A stretch of 64,000 nt of DNA from an uncultured Candidatus Rokubacteria bacterium (GTDB lineage Bacteria > Methylomirabilota > Methylomirabilia > Rokubacteriales > DASRDR01): the NCBI GenBank assembly GCA_963749975.1, contig CAVVOZ010000014.1, positions 961 through 64,960 of the forward strand. Reading direction: 5' to 3'. Below the pieces are notes generated by a model. It was not told the DNA's origin. It made no database searches and worked only from the letters and a program-made list of their open reading frames with translations. A program made the position numbers and the translations under genes. Numbering within the stretch: position 1 is the first letter of the stretch; every line of letters starts with the position of its first letter. Positions 63,972 through 64,000 of the stretch are shown here, piece by piece.

Positions 63972-64000
63972 ATGACGGCCTCACTGATCCTCATCGGTCG
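63972..64000 (+). CDS. Start of an unidentified CDS (truncated by window)
   Basis: GAGGAG RBS then ATG ACG GCC TCA CTG ATC... Confidence 0.45.

Overview
High-GC bacterial DNA, probably an uncultured soil lineage. Many single-base frameshifts look like long-read errors. Bases ~1-4380 differ in composition from the rest. They hold a REC-PAS gene, a broken amidase, a 5'-truncated alpha/beta hydrolase and a complete IS110 (IS621-like) element. That element's bridge RNA guides, CT cores, circle-junction promoter and REP-hairpin target can all be read from the sequence. Bases ~8.1-29.8 kb are a 22-kb single-strand potassium/cation island. It carries kdpFABC, kdpDE, a KimA-like transporter, a second KdpA with altered selectivity-filter motifs and an orphan SecF. 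It also carries a tandem USP, a cNMP-domain CPA1 antiporter, a class II cyclic-nucleotide phosphodiesterase, a putative porin, two stand-alone DUF4118 proteins, small ORFs and three KdpE-like boxes. Next come a sugar ABC transporter, an aldehyde dehydrogenase, a CoxMSL-like Mo-hydroxylase and an ArsR-led Ehr (Ni-less hydrogenase-4-like) operon. After these lie a GT-C/discoidin protein, a choline-kinase/ABC cluster and an ECF sigma/anti-sigma locus with twin divergent promoters. Directly downstream of the anti-sigma is a MerB-like gene with an in-frame UGA at the catalytic Cys position and a canonical SECIS (probable selenoprotein), then sseA, pdhA and an IS3 remnant.
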